Below the pieces are notes generated by a model that was not told the origin of the DNA, did not search any database, and saw only the letters and a program-made list of their open reading frames with translations. From Phycisphaerae bacterium (GTDB lineage Bacteria; Planctomycetota; Phycisphaerae; UBA1845; Fen-1342): DNA of 64,000 nucleotides. The DNA is taken from positions 94,490 through 158,489 of the forward strand of contig JASFQK010000011.1 of assembly GCA_050115495.1 (NCBI GenBank). The letters are read 5' to 3'. Both the position numbers and the translations under genes were made by a program. Below, in pieces: positions 9,260 through 17,288 of the stretch (position 1 is the stretch's first letter; each line of letters opens with the position of its first letter).

Positions 9260-9826
9260 TCAGCGGAGGACGTCCGTCGCCGCCAGCGCCGCTTCGATCA
9301 ACCGTCCAACCTCTTGCGCGACGGCCAGTCCGCCGCGCTCCCGGCCGATCGTCTCGGCCAGTTCCTTCACGTTTATCTGCCACTCCTGCTCGCCTGCGGC
9401 CTGGCCATTCTGGCCGCCCACCCGCAGGCGGAAGCGGAAGTCTATCTCCGGGCTCGTGCACACCACAGACGACAGCGTCGCCGCCAGGTCACCCAGCGGT
9501 GTCCGGTCCACGTGCGTCAGGCCCAACTCCGCCCGGACCGCCGTCCCGCCCAGGTCCGACCGTCCGATCGTCAGGTCGCCGCCGCTGGCCGCCGCCGCTG
9601 CCCGAAACAGCGCCAGTCCCAGCCCCGTTCGTTTGCCCTGTTTCGTCGTGTAGAACGGGTCGAGGGCATCATCCGGCGACACCTTCAGCCCGCGACCGTC
9701 GTCCTCGATCTCGATCCGCAGCCGGTCTTCCCGCGGCAGTGCCTCGACCGTGACCGTGATCACCTTCGCTTCCGCCCGTAGCGAGTTCTCGATCAGGTCC
9801 AGGATGTGCAGCGACAGCTCACGCAA
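9260..9826 (-). CDS. GHKL/HATPase_c ATP-binding protein (kinase-like) of hydrogenase operons
   Basis: (M)RELSLHILDLIENSLRA, DDGRG, DPFYTTK, GLGLAL, HVDRTPLGD; TTG start overlaps the PHP gene stop. Confidence 0.8.
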   Translation of the reverse strand: MRELSLHILDLIENSLRAEAKVITVTVEALPREDRLRIEIEDDGRGLKVSPDDALDPFYTTKQGKRTGLGLALFRAAAAASGGDLTIGRSDLGGTAVRAELGLTHVDRTPLGDLAATLSSVVCTSPEIDFRFRLRVGGQNGQAAGEQEWQINVKELAETIGRERGGLAVAQEVGRLIEAALAATDVLR

Positions 9827-10562
9827 CGCGCACCTCCCGTTTGCCGTTGCCACGCATCGCCTGCACCAGCTCCGCGAACGTCGGCGCCTCCATCACCAGC
9901 GTCGTCTGCACGCTGCCGATGTCGCCGAGGTAGTGGCTGTCCGACGACGCCACCACCGCCAGTCCCAATGCCGCCACCGCCTCCGGCAGGGCTTTCGCCG
10001 CTCCGCCGGCCGGCGTGAAGACCTCGATGGCGTCAAAGCCGGCGTCCGCCGGGAAGACGCCCAGTTGACTCAACACGCTGAACGACGGCCGGTTCACGTG
10101 AGCCGCCAGCGCCAGCCCGTCGTGCTCGTGGATCAGCCGGACCGCCGCCGGCAGATCCAGCCCCGACGCCACCGCCAGCAGCCGCTTCTCGCGGCCGACG
10201 GCTCGCCCCGCGGCGTCCATCAGCACCTGCGACCCAAACTGCTGCTCATCGCCGGCGCTCGCTACCGGCAGCGTGCCGAGCACCTCGCTCGCCGCGGCCT
10301 CCGCCGACTTCACGTCGGGGAAGAGCCCTAGCACGTGGCATTCCTCGACCGTCGTGATTTCCATACCGGCGACGACCGACAACCGCTCGCCCGCCGCCTC
10401 CTGCGTCGCCGCCGTGTTACCGGCCGCGTTGTGGTCGCAGATGGCGATCATGGCCAACCCGCGGTCTACGGCAGCCTGCACGATCGCCGGCGGAGTCATC
10501 TCCTCCGACGCACAGGGCGACAGCGCCGTGTGGATGTGCAGATCGGCCGCGAACGTCTTCAC
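9819..10562 (-). CDS. PHP-domain phosphoesterase
   Basis: DLHIHT, AICDHN, GMEITT, AAHVNR, SSDSHY metal-binding motifs. Confidence 0.9.
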   Translation of the reverse strand: MKTFAADLHIHTALSPCASEEMTPPAIVQAAVDRGLAMIAICDHNAAGNTAATQEAAGERLSVVAGMEITTVEECHVLGLFPDVKSAEAAASEVLGTLPVASAGDEQQFGSQVLMDAAGRAVGREKRLLAVASGLDLPAAVRLIHEHDGLALAAHVNRPSFSVLSQLGVFPADAGFDAIEVFTPAGGAAKALPEAVAALGLAVVASSDSHYLGDIGSVQTTLVMEAPTFAELVQAMRGNGKREVRVA

Positions 10563-10909
10563 CGGCGAGGTCCTCGCAACCCGAGCTCGTACATCTGGCC
10601 CGCGATGTCGAACGCGGTATCGTCCGATACGAACAGCGCGATGCCTTCCTCGATCGCCTTGGCCCGCACAGCGTCGTCCGGTTTGCGACCCATGGCGAAG
10701 ACCACCGCGGTCAGACCCGCGTGCAGGGCGACCGCGATCACGTTCAGGTGCACCTGAACCGTCACCAGCACCCCGTCCGCCGGCGCGTGCGCCAGCACGT
10801 CACTCAGCAGATCCGACGCATACCCGCCGGCGACGGTCTTCGTGTCGACCGCCACCTCGGGTGTCAAGGTCTGCCAGTCGAGCCGTTCGGCCAGCATTTT
10901 CAGGTTCAT
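10559..10909 (-). CDS. DRTGG-domain protein
   Basis: GGYASDLLSDVLA motif typical of hydrogenase-linked DRTGG proteins; 4-bp overlaps with both neighbours. Confidence 0.8.
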   Translation of the reverse strand: MNLKMLAERLDWQTLTPEVAVDTKTVAGGYASDLLSDVLAHAPADGVLVTVQVHLNVIAVALHAGLTAVVFAMGRKPDDAVRAKAIEEGIALFVSDDTAFDIAGQMYELGLRGPRR

Positions 10910-12468
10910 TCGGCCTTCTCCTTCTTCCGCTCACCGCGTGGACACGCATCGCGGTCCGCCCGCCCCAGCACGATGTCTTCCGCCAGAGCGGCACACGTCG
11001 GCGCCCCGCACTGCCCACAATCGTCCCCGGGCAGACTGCGGGCCAGCCGGTCGATCCGGGCGAGCTTCTGCACCGCCTTGGCCATGTCGTCGTCCAGCCG
11101 CAAACCCGGTCGCGGCGTACGCTCAGCCGTTCGTCGTTGGGCCTTTGCCTCTCCGTCCGGCGTTGCCGCGGCATGATGCCACCGGCGGGAACCGAGGTAC
11201 GCATCGGCGGCCAGCAGCGGCGATCCGAAGCAGCCTTCGTCGCACGCCCACGGTTCGATAATCTCGACGTCTTCGGCCAGACCGTCTTCGACGTCGTCCA
11301 GGACGCGGAGCACGTGTTGCAGGCCGGTGACCCGCATCACGCCGTTCTCGTCCGTCGTCGGCGTGGCCGCCACGTACGCCGCCGCCGGCTGCTCCTCGGT
11401 ATGCTTGCCCGTCAGCCGCGGCATCACGGCTGCCCGCAGCGCCGCGGGCGAAACGACCTCCACCCCATCTCCGACCACCAGTGTCCGCTGAGCCGGGCAG
11501 CTCACCACGCAGACGACGCGCTCGCCCTTGAGCGTCGCCCGCAACGCCACCACCGCCGTATCAAACGGCGCTACGTGCGGCAGCAATCCCGGGAACCGCG
11601 TCTCAATCAGGTTGACCACGGCCGGACACGCCGGCGAGATCACCGGCCAACCCGCGGCCTCGGTCTTCGCGTACTCGACGACCGCCTGCCGCAGGGCCAC
11701 TTCCCAGCCGGCGGTAACGCGCACGTCCCGGAAACCCAGTTGCCGAATTTCGTTCAGCACGGCCGCTGGGTCAGCATCAGCGCCAAACTGCGCCAGACTC
11801 TCGGCAGAAACCACCAAAACGGCGTCTTTCGCGGTCGGCAACGCGTCCCCCAACCCCGTCACGCCCATCGTTCCCGTCGGACACCCGGCGATGCACGCCG
11901 TGCAGTCGATGCACAGGTAGTCCAGCACGTCCGGTCGCCCGCGGAACACCCGTACCGCCTGCGTCGGACAGGCGTGCAGGCAGCGCAGACTTTGCCGGCA
12001 ACGCTCGGGCGCCACGTGCAGCGAATGCCGCCCGACGCCGTACAGGGCAGGGGGGCGAAGCGACAGGCCGAAGCACAGCTGCGTGCCTTTGCCCGGCGTC
12101 GATTCGATCGTGAACGAATCCGCACTCTTTCGGATATTGGGCAGACCCATGCCCGCCCCGAAACCGAGCTGCCGCGCCTCGGCGCTGGCCGTCGAGAAGC
12201 CTTCGCGCAGGGCTTGCTCGACGTTCGGGATGCCGGGCCCCGTGTCCGCCACCTCGACCTCGAGATGTCCGTTATCGAGCACGGCGCTCAGGTGGCCGCG
12301 ATGGGCGTGGATGACGACGTTCATCTCGGCTTCGTACGCCGCGATCATCGCCCGCCGGAGCACCGCTGGATCTGCGCCGACCCGCTTGAGCTGCTCCTTG
12401 AGCGCACGAGATGCGCGGCCCCCGCGCTCATAGTCGCCGCCCTCAATCTCGTAGCGGAACGTCGGCAT
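10906..12468 (-). CDS. RsbT-like Ser/Thr kinase (anti-sigma type) fused to Fe-S/degenerate [FeFe]-hydrogenase domains
   Basis: N-terminal AYEAEMNVVIHA, DTGPGI, GFSTA, GAGMGLPNI; then CRQSLRCLHACP, CIDCTACIAGCP, ISPACPAVV, VSCPAQ, ACDEGCFGSP, DCGQCGAPTC...CP. Confidence 0.8.
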   Translation of the reverse strand: MPTFRYEIEGGDYERGGRASRALKEQLKRVGADPAVLRRAMIAAYEAEMNVVIHAHRGHLSAVLDNGHLEVEVADTGPGIPNVEQALREGFSTASAEARQLGFGAGMGLPNIRKSADSFTIESTPGKGTQLCFGLSLRPPALYGVGRHSLHVAPERCRQSLRCLHACPTQAVRVFRGRPDVLDYLCIDCTACIAGCPTGTMGVTGLGDALPTAKDAVLVVSAESLAQFGADADPAAVLNEIRQLGFRDVRVTAGWEVALRQAVVEYAKTEAAGWPVISPACPAVVNLIETRFPGLLPHVAPFDTAVVALRATLKGERVVCVVSCPAQRTLVVGDGVEVVSPAALRAAVMPRLTGKHTEEQPAAAYVAATPTTDENGVMRVTGLQHVLRVLDDVEDGLAEDVEIIEPWACDEGCFGSPLLAADAYLGSRRWHHAAATPDGEAKAQRRTAERTPRPGLRLDDDMAKAVQKLARIDRLARSLPGDDCGQCGAPTCAALAEDIVLGRADRDACPRGERKKEKAE

Positions 12469-12483
12469 CAGTCGGGTCCGCTC

Positions 12484-12819
12484 TTACGCTCCAAGGCACT
12501 TGTAAAGGCGACCGCACGTCTCGAAAAGCCCGCACGGCGAAACCAGCACCTGCGTGCCATGTTCGCTGGCGGCGGCCAGCATCGCCTCATCCGGCTGCTG
12601 CCCGTTGACCAGGCAGATCCCCGGAATGTCCATCAGCTCGGCGACGCGCAGCAGGTGACTGCTCGCCAGGTTGGTCACCAGCAGCGTGTGTTCGCCGGCC
12701 GCCGCCAGCAGGTCGCTGATGCGGTCGCCCGCGTAGACCTGGTCGATGCTGACCCGCGCCCCGTTGGGCTGGCCATGCACCCGGGCTCCGATTCTGACTG
12801 CCAATTCTTCGAGCTTCAT
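12484..12819 (-). CDS. DRTGG-domain protein
   Basis: VYAGDRISDLLA, LLVTNL, GLFETCGRLY; start trimmed to MKLEEL. Confidence 0.75.
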   Translation of the reverse strand: MKLEELAVRIGARVHGQPNGARVSIDQVYAGDRISDLLAAAGEHTLLVTNLASSHLLRVAELMDIPGICLVNGQQPDEAMLAAASEHGTQVLVSPCGLFETCGRLYKCLGA

Positions 12820-13060
12820 CCTGTCACCCGAGGTCTTGCGGCCGGGCGGGCCGGTTACACGTTTTGGTGCGGATTTCGGTCGAGAACGCGCGCAGCAACC
12901 AAGACGGCTTGCGCCAATACAGACTGGCAAGCGGCGGGCCAGACGCCGTCGGAGTGGCGCAGTTACCGGCGGCGACGGGCCGGGATACCACGGACCCTGA
13001 TGAACATGTTTACCGCTGTGAAACCGCGACGAACAGTCAGGACCCGCGCCAGTCAGTTCA

Positions 13061-13082
13061 CACTGTTACGATCGTCACAGTG
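13061..13082. promoter_or_regulatory. Candidate Rex operator upstream of hydrogenase operon 1
   Basis: 22-bp near-perfect palindrome cactgttacgatcgtcacagtg with core TGTTA-N6-TCACA. Confidence 0.6.
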
Positions 13083-13221
13083 AGTTGAAAACGGGCACAG
13101 CGGCAAATCACCAGCATCGACCGGGACCTAACACAGTGTGCAACGCGGAAGACCGGTATATCAATCGGCGTTCTACCGCCGATCTGTGCGAGCCGCACGC
13201 GCCGGCAGTAGAGCTTTCGCT

Positions 13222-14451
13222 CTATCGCCGCGCGTTTCGCCACACCTCGAGCGCCGCCGGGAAGGGGCCCAAAGCCCGCTCGAAGATGCCGAGCGAGTAG
13301 GCGATGGCCAGGCCGTAGTTGGTTATGGGCACTCCGGCCCGCTGGCAGTGCAGGATGCGCGAGAGCATCTCCCGCCGATTCTGCACGCAACCGCCGCAGT
13401 GCACGACGAGCCGGTACTCGCCGAGGTCCGCGGGGAAGTCGTGGCCCTGCATGGTGGTGAAGTCGAGCCGCCCGCCGACGTACTGCATCAGCCAGCGGGG
13501 GATTTTCACGCGCCCGATGTCGTCGACGATCGGATGGTGCGAGCAGGCCTCGGCGATCAGCACGCGATCACCGGGGCGGAGCGATTCGATCGCCAGCGCT
13601 CCGCGCACGAGCTCGGTCAGATCGCCCTTGAACCGCGCGAAGAGGATGGAGAACGACGTCATCGGCACCGCCGGCGGCGTGTCGGCGGCGACTTTGAGGA
13701 ATGCTTGTGAATCTGTAACGACGATGGCGGGTGGGCGCTTGAGGCGATCGAGGGCGTCGCGCAGCTCGCGCTCCTTCACCACCATGCAGTACGAGTCGTT
13801 GTCGAGCAGGTCGCGGATCGTTTGCACTTGGGGCAGGATCAGCCGGCCCTTCGGGGCCTCCTTGTCGATCGGTACGACCAGAACGGCGGCTTCGCCCGGC
13901 GGAACCAGGTCGCCGATGATCGTCGGCGTGTTGATGAGCTCGTCGGGGGCGGAGCGGATGAGGGCCTCGCGCACTTCGAGCACGCCCTCGCCGCGACTGG
14001 CGACCGTCTGGACGACGCGGAGCTTTTTCTCTTCGAGCCGGCCGGCGACCTGCGGGTCGGGCGGGGCGAGGTCGGTCTTGTTGAACACGACGATGACGGG
14101 CACTGAGCGGCCGGTCAGTTCCTGGACGAGTCCGTCTTCGAACTCGCCCCAGCGTCCGGCTTCGGCGACGACGATGCCGACGTCCGTGCGGTCAAAGACG
14201 CGTCGCGTCCGCTCGATCCGCATGTCGCCGAGCGCCCCGTTGTCGTCGATGCCGGCGGTGTCGATGAACAGCACCGGCCCGATCGGCAGCATCTCCATCG
14301 GCTTCTCAACCGGATCGGTCGTCGTCCCGGCGGTGTCGGAGACGATCGACACATCCTGCCGCGTCAGCGCATTGAGCAGCGACGATTTCCCAACGTTCCG
14401 CCGGCCGAAGAGGCCGATGTGCATCCGCATTCCGCGTGGGGTGGTTTGCAT
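13222..14451 (-). CDS. hydF: [FeFe]-hydrogenase maturation GTPase HydF
   Basis: GRRNVGKSS, GTTTDPV, DTAG, NKTD, PKGRLILPQ, EACSHH and HCGGC cluster ligands. Confidence 0.97.
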   Translation of the reverse strand: MQTTPRGMRMHIGLFGRRNVGKSSLLNALTRQDVSIVSDTAGTTTDPVEKPMEMLPIGPVLFIDTAGIDDNGALGDMRIERTRRVFDRTDVGIVVAEAGRWGEFEDGLVQELTGRSVPVIVVFNKTDLAPPDPQVAGRLEEKKLRVVQTVASRGEGVLEVREALIRSAPDELINTPTIIGDLVPPGEAAVLVVPIDKEAPKGRLILPQVQTIRDLLDNDSYCMVVKERELRDALDRLKRPPAIVVTDSQAFLKVAADTPPAVPMTSFSILFARFKGDLTELVRGALAIESLRPGDRVLIAEACSHHPIVDDIGRVKIPRWLMQYVGGRLDFTTMQGHDFPADLGEYRLVVHCGGCVQNRREMLSRILHCQRAGVPITNYGLAIAYSLGIFERALGPFPAALEVWRNARR

Positions 14452-14555
14452 ATGAGTATGATAGCGGGGAATCGGGGGTTGCCGAGAAGGTGGTGGTCGG
14501 GCTCTGTACCGGACGTGTTACCGCAGCGGTTCCCGGCGCGCCGGGATGCCGACCG

Positions 14556-14869
14556 TCTTCAGCCCGCGGAGCGGGCGATGGGATGTAGCCCCGGGTGAGC
14601 GAGCGGCCGCACAGCGGCTGATCGCGAAACCCGGGGGAAACGGCCGGCCTGCGTCCCAACCCGCGCAGCGGGTGACGGAAGGCGGTGCGGGACGTATGAC
14701 CGGCGATGCGTTCCGTCGCCCGCTTCGCGGGCTGAAGAGGGGTTGACGATGCGCGTGTCCCCGGGTTCCGTCCGCCGGTTGCGATGCATCGTGGGAGCGG
14801 TCGTCGATGGCGGCAAGGGATCTGTCGCGCATTTCGCGCTCGCTCGCCGGCGGACTCCACCCGGGGCTA
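14556..14869. repeat. REP/MITE-like element with interleaved inverted repeats
   Basis: tcttcagcccgcggagcgggcga (14556-14578) pairs with 14716-14738 (1 mismatch in 23); tagccccgggtg (14586-14597) pairs with cacccggggcta (14858-14869). Confidence 0.7.
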
Positions 14870-14955
14870 GATTCCGCGGTCCCTGCGGGACCAGTGGGCT
14901 TGCGAGCTCTGTGTCGGCGGTTGGACGTTGAAGAGCACACGCGAGGCACGCTCTG

Positions 14956-15040
14956 TCCGAGCCGCGACCGGTAGGGAGCTGGTTGCGGGGTGTGGGGCTG
15001 TTTTTGCGGATGACCGCCTCGCTGCCGCTCGGGGCTCGGA
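14956..15040. repeat. REP-doublet-like imperfect inverted repeat
   Basis: tccgagccgcgaccggtagggagc ... gcctcgctgccgctcggggctcgga. Confidence 0.55.
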
Positions 15041-15147
15041 TGGGCAGCCGGCCCTGTGCGGGGCGATGGACTTCGTGGCCGATGTTGAACGCCGACGGAC
15101 GCCCAGCTTGCGCGCGGCGGGCGGGCGCGGTTCGCAGGCCGCAGCGC

Positions 15148-15249
15148 TCAGTCGTCCCGACGGGACTGGGAGGAGAGAGAGGGGGACTCTGCCGCCATGG
15201 TCCCAGCACTTCGTACTGGGCTACAATCAGCCGTCCCCTTCGGGGACTG
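15148..15249. repeat. REP-like hairpin cluster
   Basis: tcagtcgtcccgacgggactg and tcagccgtccccttcggggactg hairpins flanking cccagcacttcgtactggg. Confidence 0.6.
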
Positions 15250-15351
15250 AAGGTGCAGGGCGGGCCCGGTGCCTCGGTGTCAGCAAGAGGCCGGATCGGC
15301 GCGGGCTCGCGCGGGTGGACAGCGCATGTCCCATCGTTTTGGAGGTACCCG

Positions 15352-15858
15352 GTGAGAAGCAGAATCACGCCTGAGAAGGTCGCGAGCGCGAAGTCTAACG
15401 ACGAGTTGTTCGAGTTGCTCTCTGACGAGCTTGATCGGCTGAATCCGAAGGGCCCGAGAGCGGACGACGAGTTTGTCGCAGAACTCAGGCGGCTGCCGCG
15501 CGGTCTCCGTGCGATGGCGGCCACCTATGAGCTCGACGTATCGATGACACTTGACGACATCGGGTGGCATTTCGGGAACTGGCACCACAAGAGCCTTGCC
15601 AAGGAGACTCTCGCCGGACTGACAGAGCTCGGTGCGAGGGAGTTGGCCAGCCTCTTTCGCCAAGCGTTCCTGCTGGCTCAGGAGTATTGGGTTGAGCTGG
15701 ACCGGGAGGATTGGTCCGAATGGTACCCCGATTCGCCACTTGCGCAGGCGGTCGCCCCGCTCAACGAAGCTGCCTGGGCCATCCTCGAACCCAGGGACAG
15801 GGGCATAATGGGCTACTGGCTCGAATACGCCCGCAAGCACCCGGAACGGCTTCGATAG
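15352..15858 (+). CDS. Hypothetical protein, DMP19/DUF4375-like
   Basis: GGAGG then GTG start; LPRGLRAM...DDIGWHFGN...TLAGLTELGA...YARKHPE resembles DUF4375; composition looks less GC-biased than neighbours. Confidence 0.6.
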   Translation: MRSRITPEKVASAKSNDELFELLSDELDRLNPKGPRADDEFVAELRRLPRGLRAMAATYELDVSMTLDDIGWHFGNWHHKSLAKETLAGLTELGARELASLFRQAFLLAQEYWVELDREDWSEWYPDSPLAQAVAPLNEAAWAILEPRDRGIMGYWLEYARKHPERLR

Positions 15859-15874
15859 GGCGGGCCGTTCGGCG

Positions 15875-17278
15875 TCAGGGTTTCGGCGGGGAGCCGAGGC
15901 GCATGATGGCTTCGGGGGTGAGGAGTTGGTCGAACTCGGATTCGGTGAGCAGGCCGCGGGCGAGGATGAGTTGGCGGATTGTCTTGTGCTCCGCGCGGGC
16001 GGTGGCGGCGAGGTCCTGGACGGCGGCGTAGCCGAGGGTGCCGACCAGAGCCGTGGCTACCGCCGTTGAGCTTTCGACATGTTGGCGGCAACGCTGCTCG
16101 TCGGCCTCGATACCGTCGACGCACAGCCGCCGGAAGATCGAGCAGGCGTTGGTCAGCAGGCCGAGGTTGTCCAGCAGGGTGCAGGCGACGAGCGGCAGGA
16201 AGGCGTTCAGTTCGAGCGAGCCGAGCCCGCAGGCGTGAGCGATCGCCTGGTCCTGCGCCATGACGAGCAGGGCGGCTTGCGAGACAGCCTCGGGAGTGAC
16301 CGGGTTGACCTTGCCGGGCATGATGGACGAGCCGGCCTGGCGAGGCGGCAGGCGGATTTCGCCGAGCCCGCCGTCCGGACCGGACGCCAGCAGTCGCAGG
16401 TCGCCGGCGACTTTGAGCAGATTGGCGGCGCAGGCTTTGAGAATGCCGCTGACTTCGACGAAGACGTCGGCGTTCTGCGTGGCTTCGACGAGGTTCTCGG
16501 CGCGGGCGAGACCGAGGCCGGTCAGCTCGCGCAGGTGTTCGACCACGCGGAAGATGTACTGCCGCGGGGCGCCGAGGCCGGTGCCGATGGCGGTGCCGCC
16601 GAGGTTGACGACGCGCAGCCGCTCCTCGCACTTGTACACCCGCCAGCGGTCGCGGCTGAACGCCTCGGCGTACGTGCCCATCTCGCGGCCGAGCGTGGTG
16701 AGCACGGCGTCCTGATACTGCGTCCGCCCGATCTTCACGATGTGGGCGAACTCCCGCTCCTTCACCTGCCACGCTTCGACCAGGGCGACGAGGGCGGCCT
16801 CGAGGTCGCGCAGCCGCCAGATGGCCGCGACGCGCAGGGCCGTCGGGAACGTGTCGTTCGTCGACTGGTGACGGTTGAGATCGTCGAGCGGGCTGATGCA
16901 CTCGCAGTCGCCCAGTGGGCGGCCGAGTAGCGTGAGGGCCCGGTTGGCCAGGACCTCGTTGACGTTCATGTTCAGCGACGTGCCGGCCCCGCCCTGCAAC
17001 GCGTCGACGACGATGTGGGCGTCGAGCTGCCCGTCCATCATCTCGCGGCAGGCGGTCTCGATGGCGTCGGCGGTGGCGTCATCCCAGCCGCCGAGTTCGC
17101 GGTTCGTCCGGGCCGCCGCCAGCTTGACGGCACCGTAGGCGTGGATGAGCTCGGGGGCGACGCGCCGGCCGCTGAGCGGGAAGTTCTCGATGGCCCGCTC
17201 GGTGCAGATGCCGTGCAGCGCTTCGGCCGGCACGGGCTTCTCACCCAGCAGGTCCCGTTCTGTGCGGTGTGTCCCCAT
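15875..17278 (-). CDS. aspA: Aspartate ammonia-lyase family protein
   Basis: RTERDLLG, QGGAGTSLNMNVNEV, HQSTNDTFPT, GRTQYQDA, GSSIMPGKVNPV signature. Confidence 0.85.
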   Translation of the reverse strand: MGTHRTERDLLGEKPVPAEALHGICTERAIENFPLSGRRVAPELIHAYGAVKLAAARTNRELGGWDDATADAIETACREMMDGQLDAHIVVDALQGGAGTSLNMNVNEVLANRALTLLGRPLGDCECISPLDDLNRHQSTNDTFPTALRVAAIWRLRDLEAALVALVEAWQVKEREFAHIVKIGRTQYQDAVLTTLGREMGTYAEAFSRDRWRVYKCEERLRVVNLGGTAIGTGLGAPRQYIFRVVEHLRELTGLGLARAENLVEATQNADVFVEVSGILKACAANLLKVAGDLRLLASGPDGGLGEIRLPPRQAGSSIMPGKVNPVTPEAVSQAALLVMAQDQAIAHACGLGSLELNAFLPLVACTLLDNLGLLTNACSIFRRLCVDGIEADEQRCRQHVESSTAVATALVGTLGYAAVQDLAATARAEHKTIRQLILARGLLTESEFDQLLTPEAIMRLGSPPKP

Positions 17279-17288
17279 GAAGCCTGCG

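Noticed and set aside
3430..13083. Long plus-strand ORFs (3430-5496, 5078-7159, 10273-13083)
   Set aside because: Antisense shadows of well-supported minus-strand genes, expected in high-GC DNA; no recognisable motifs.
14518..15524. ORFs overlapping the REP-rich gap, and the long N-terminal extension of 14983-15858
   Set aside because: Low-complexity Arg/Pro/Ala translations over palindromic DNA; a good SD and GTG start at 15352 explain the real gene.
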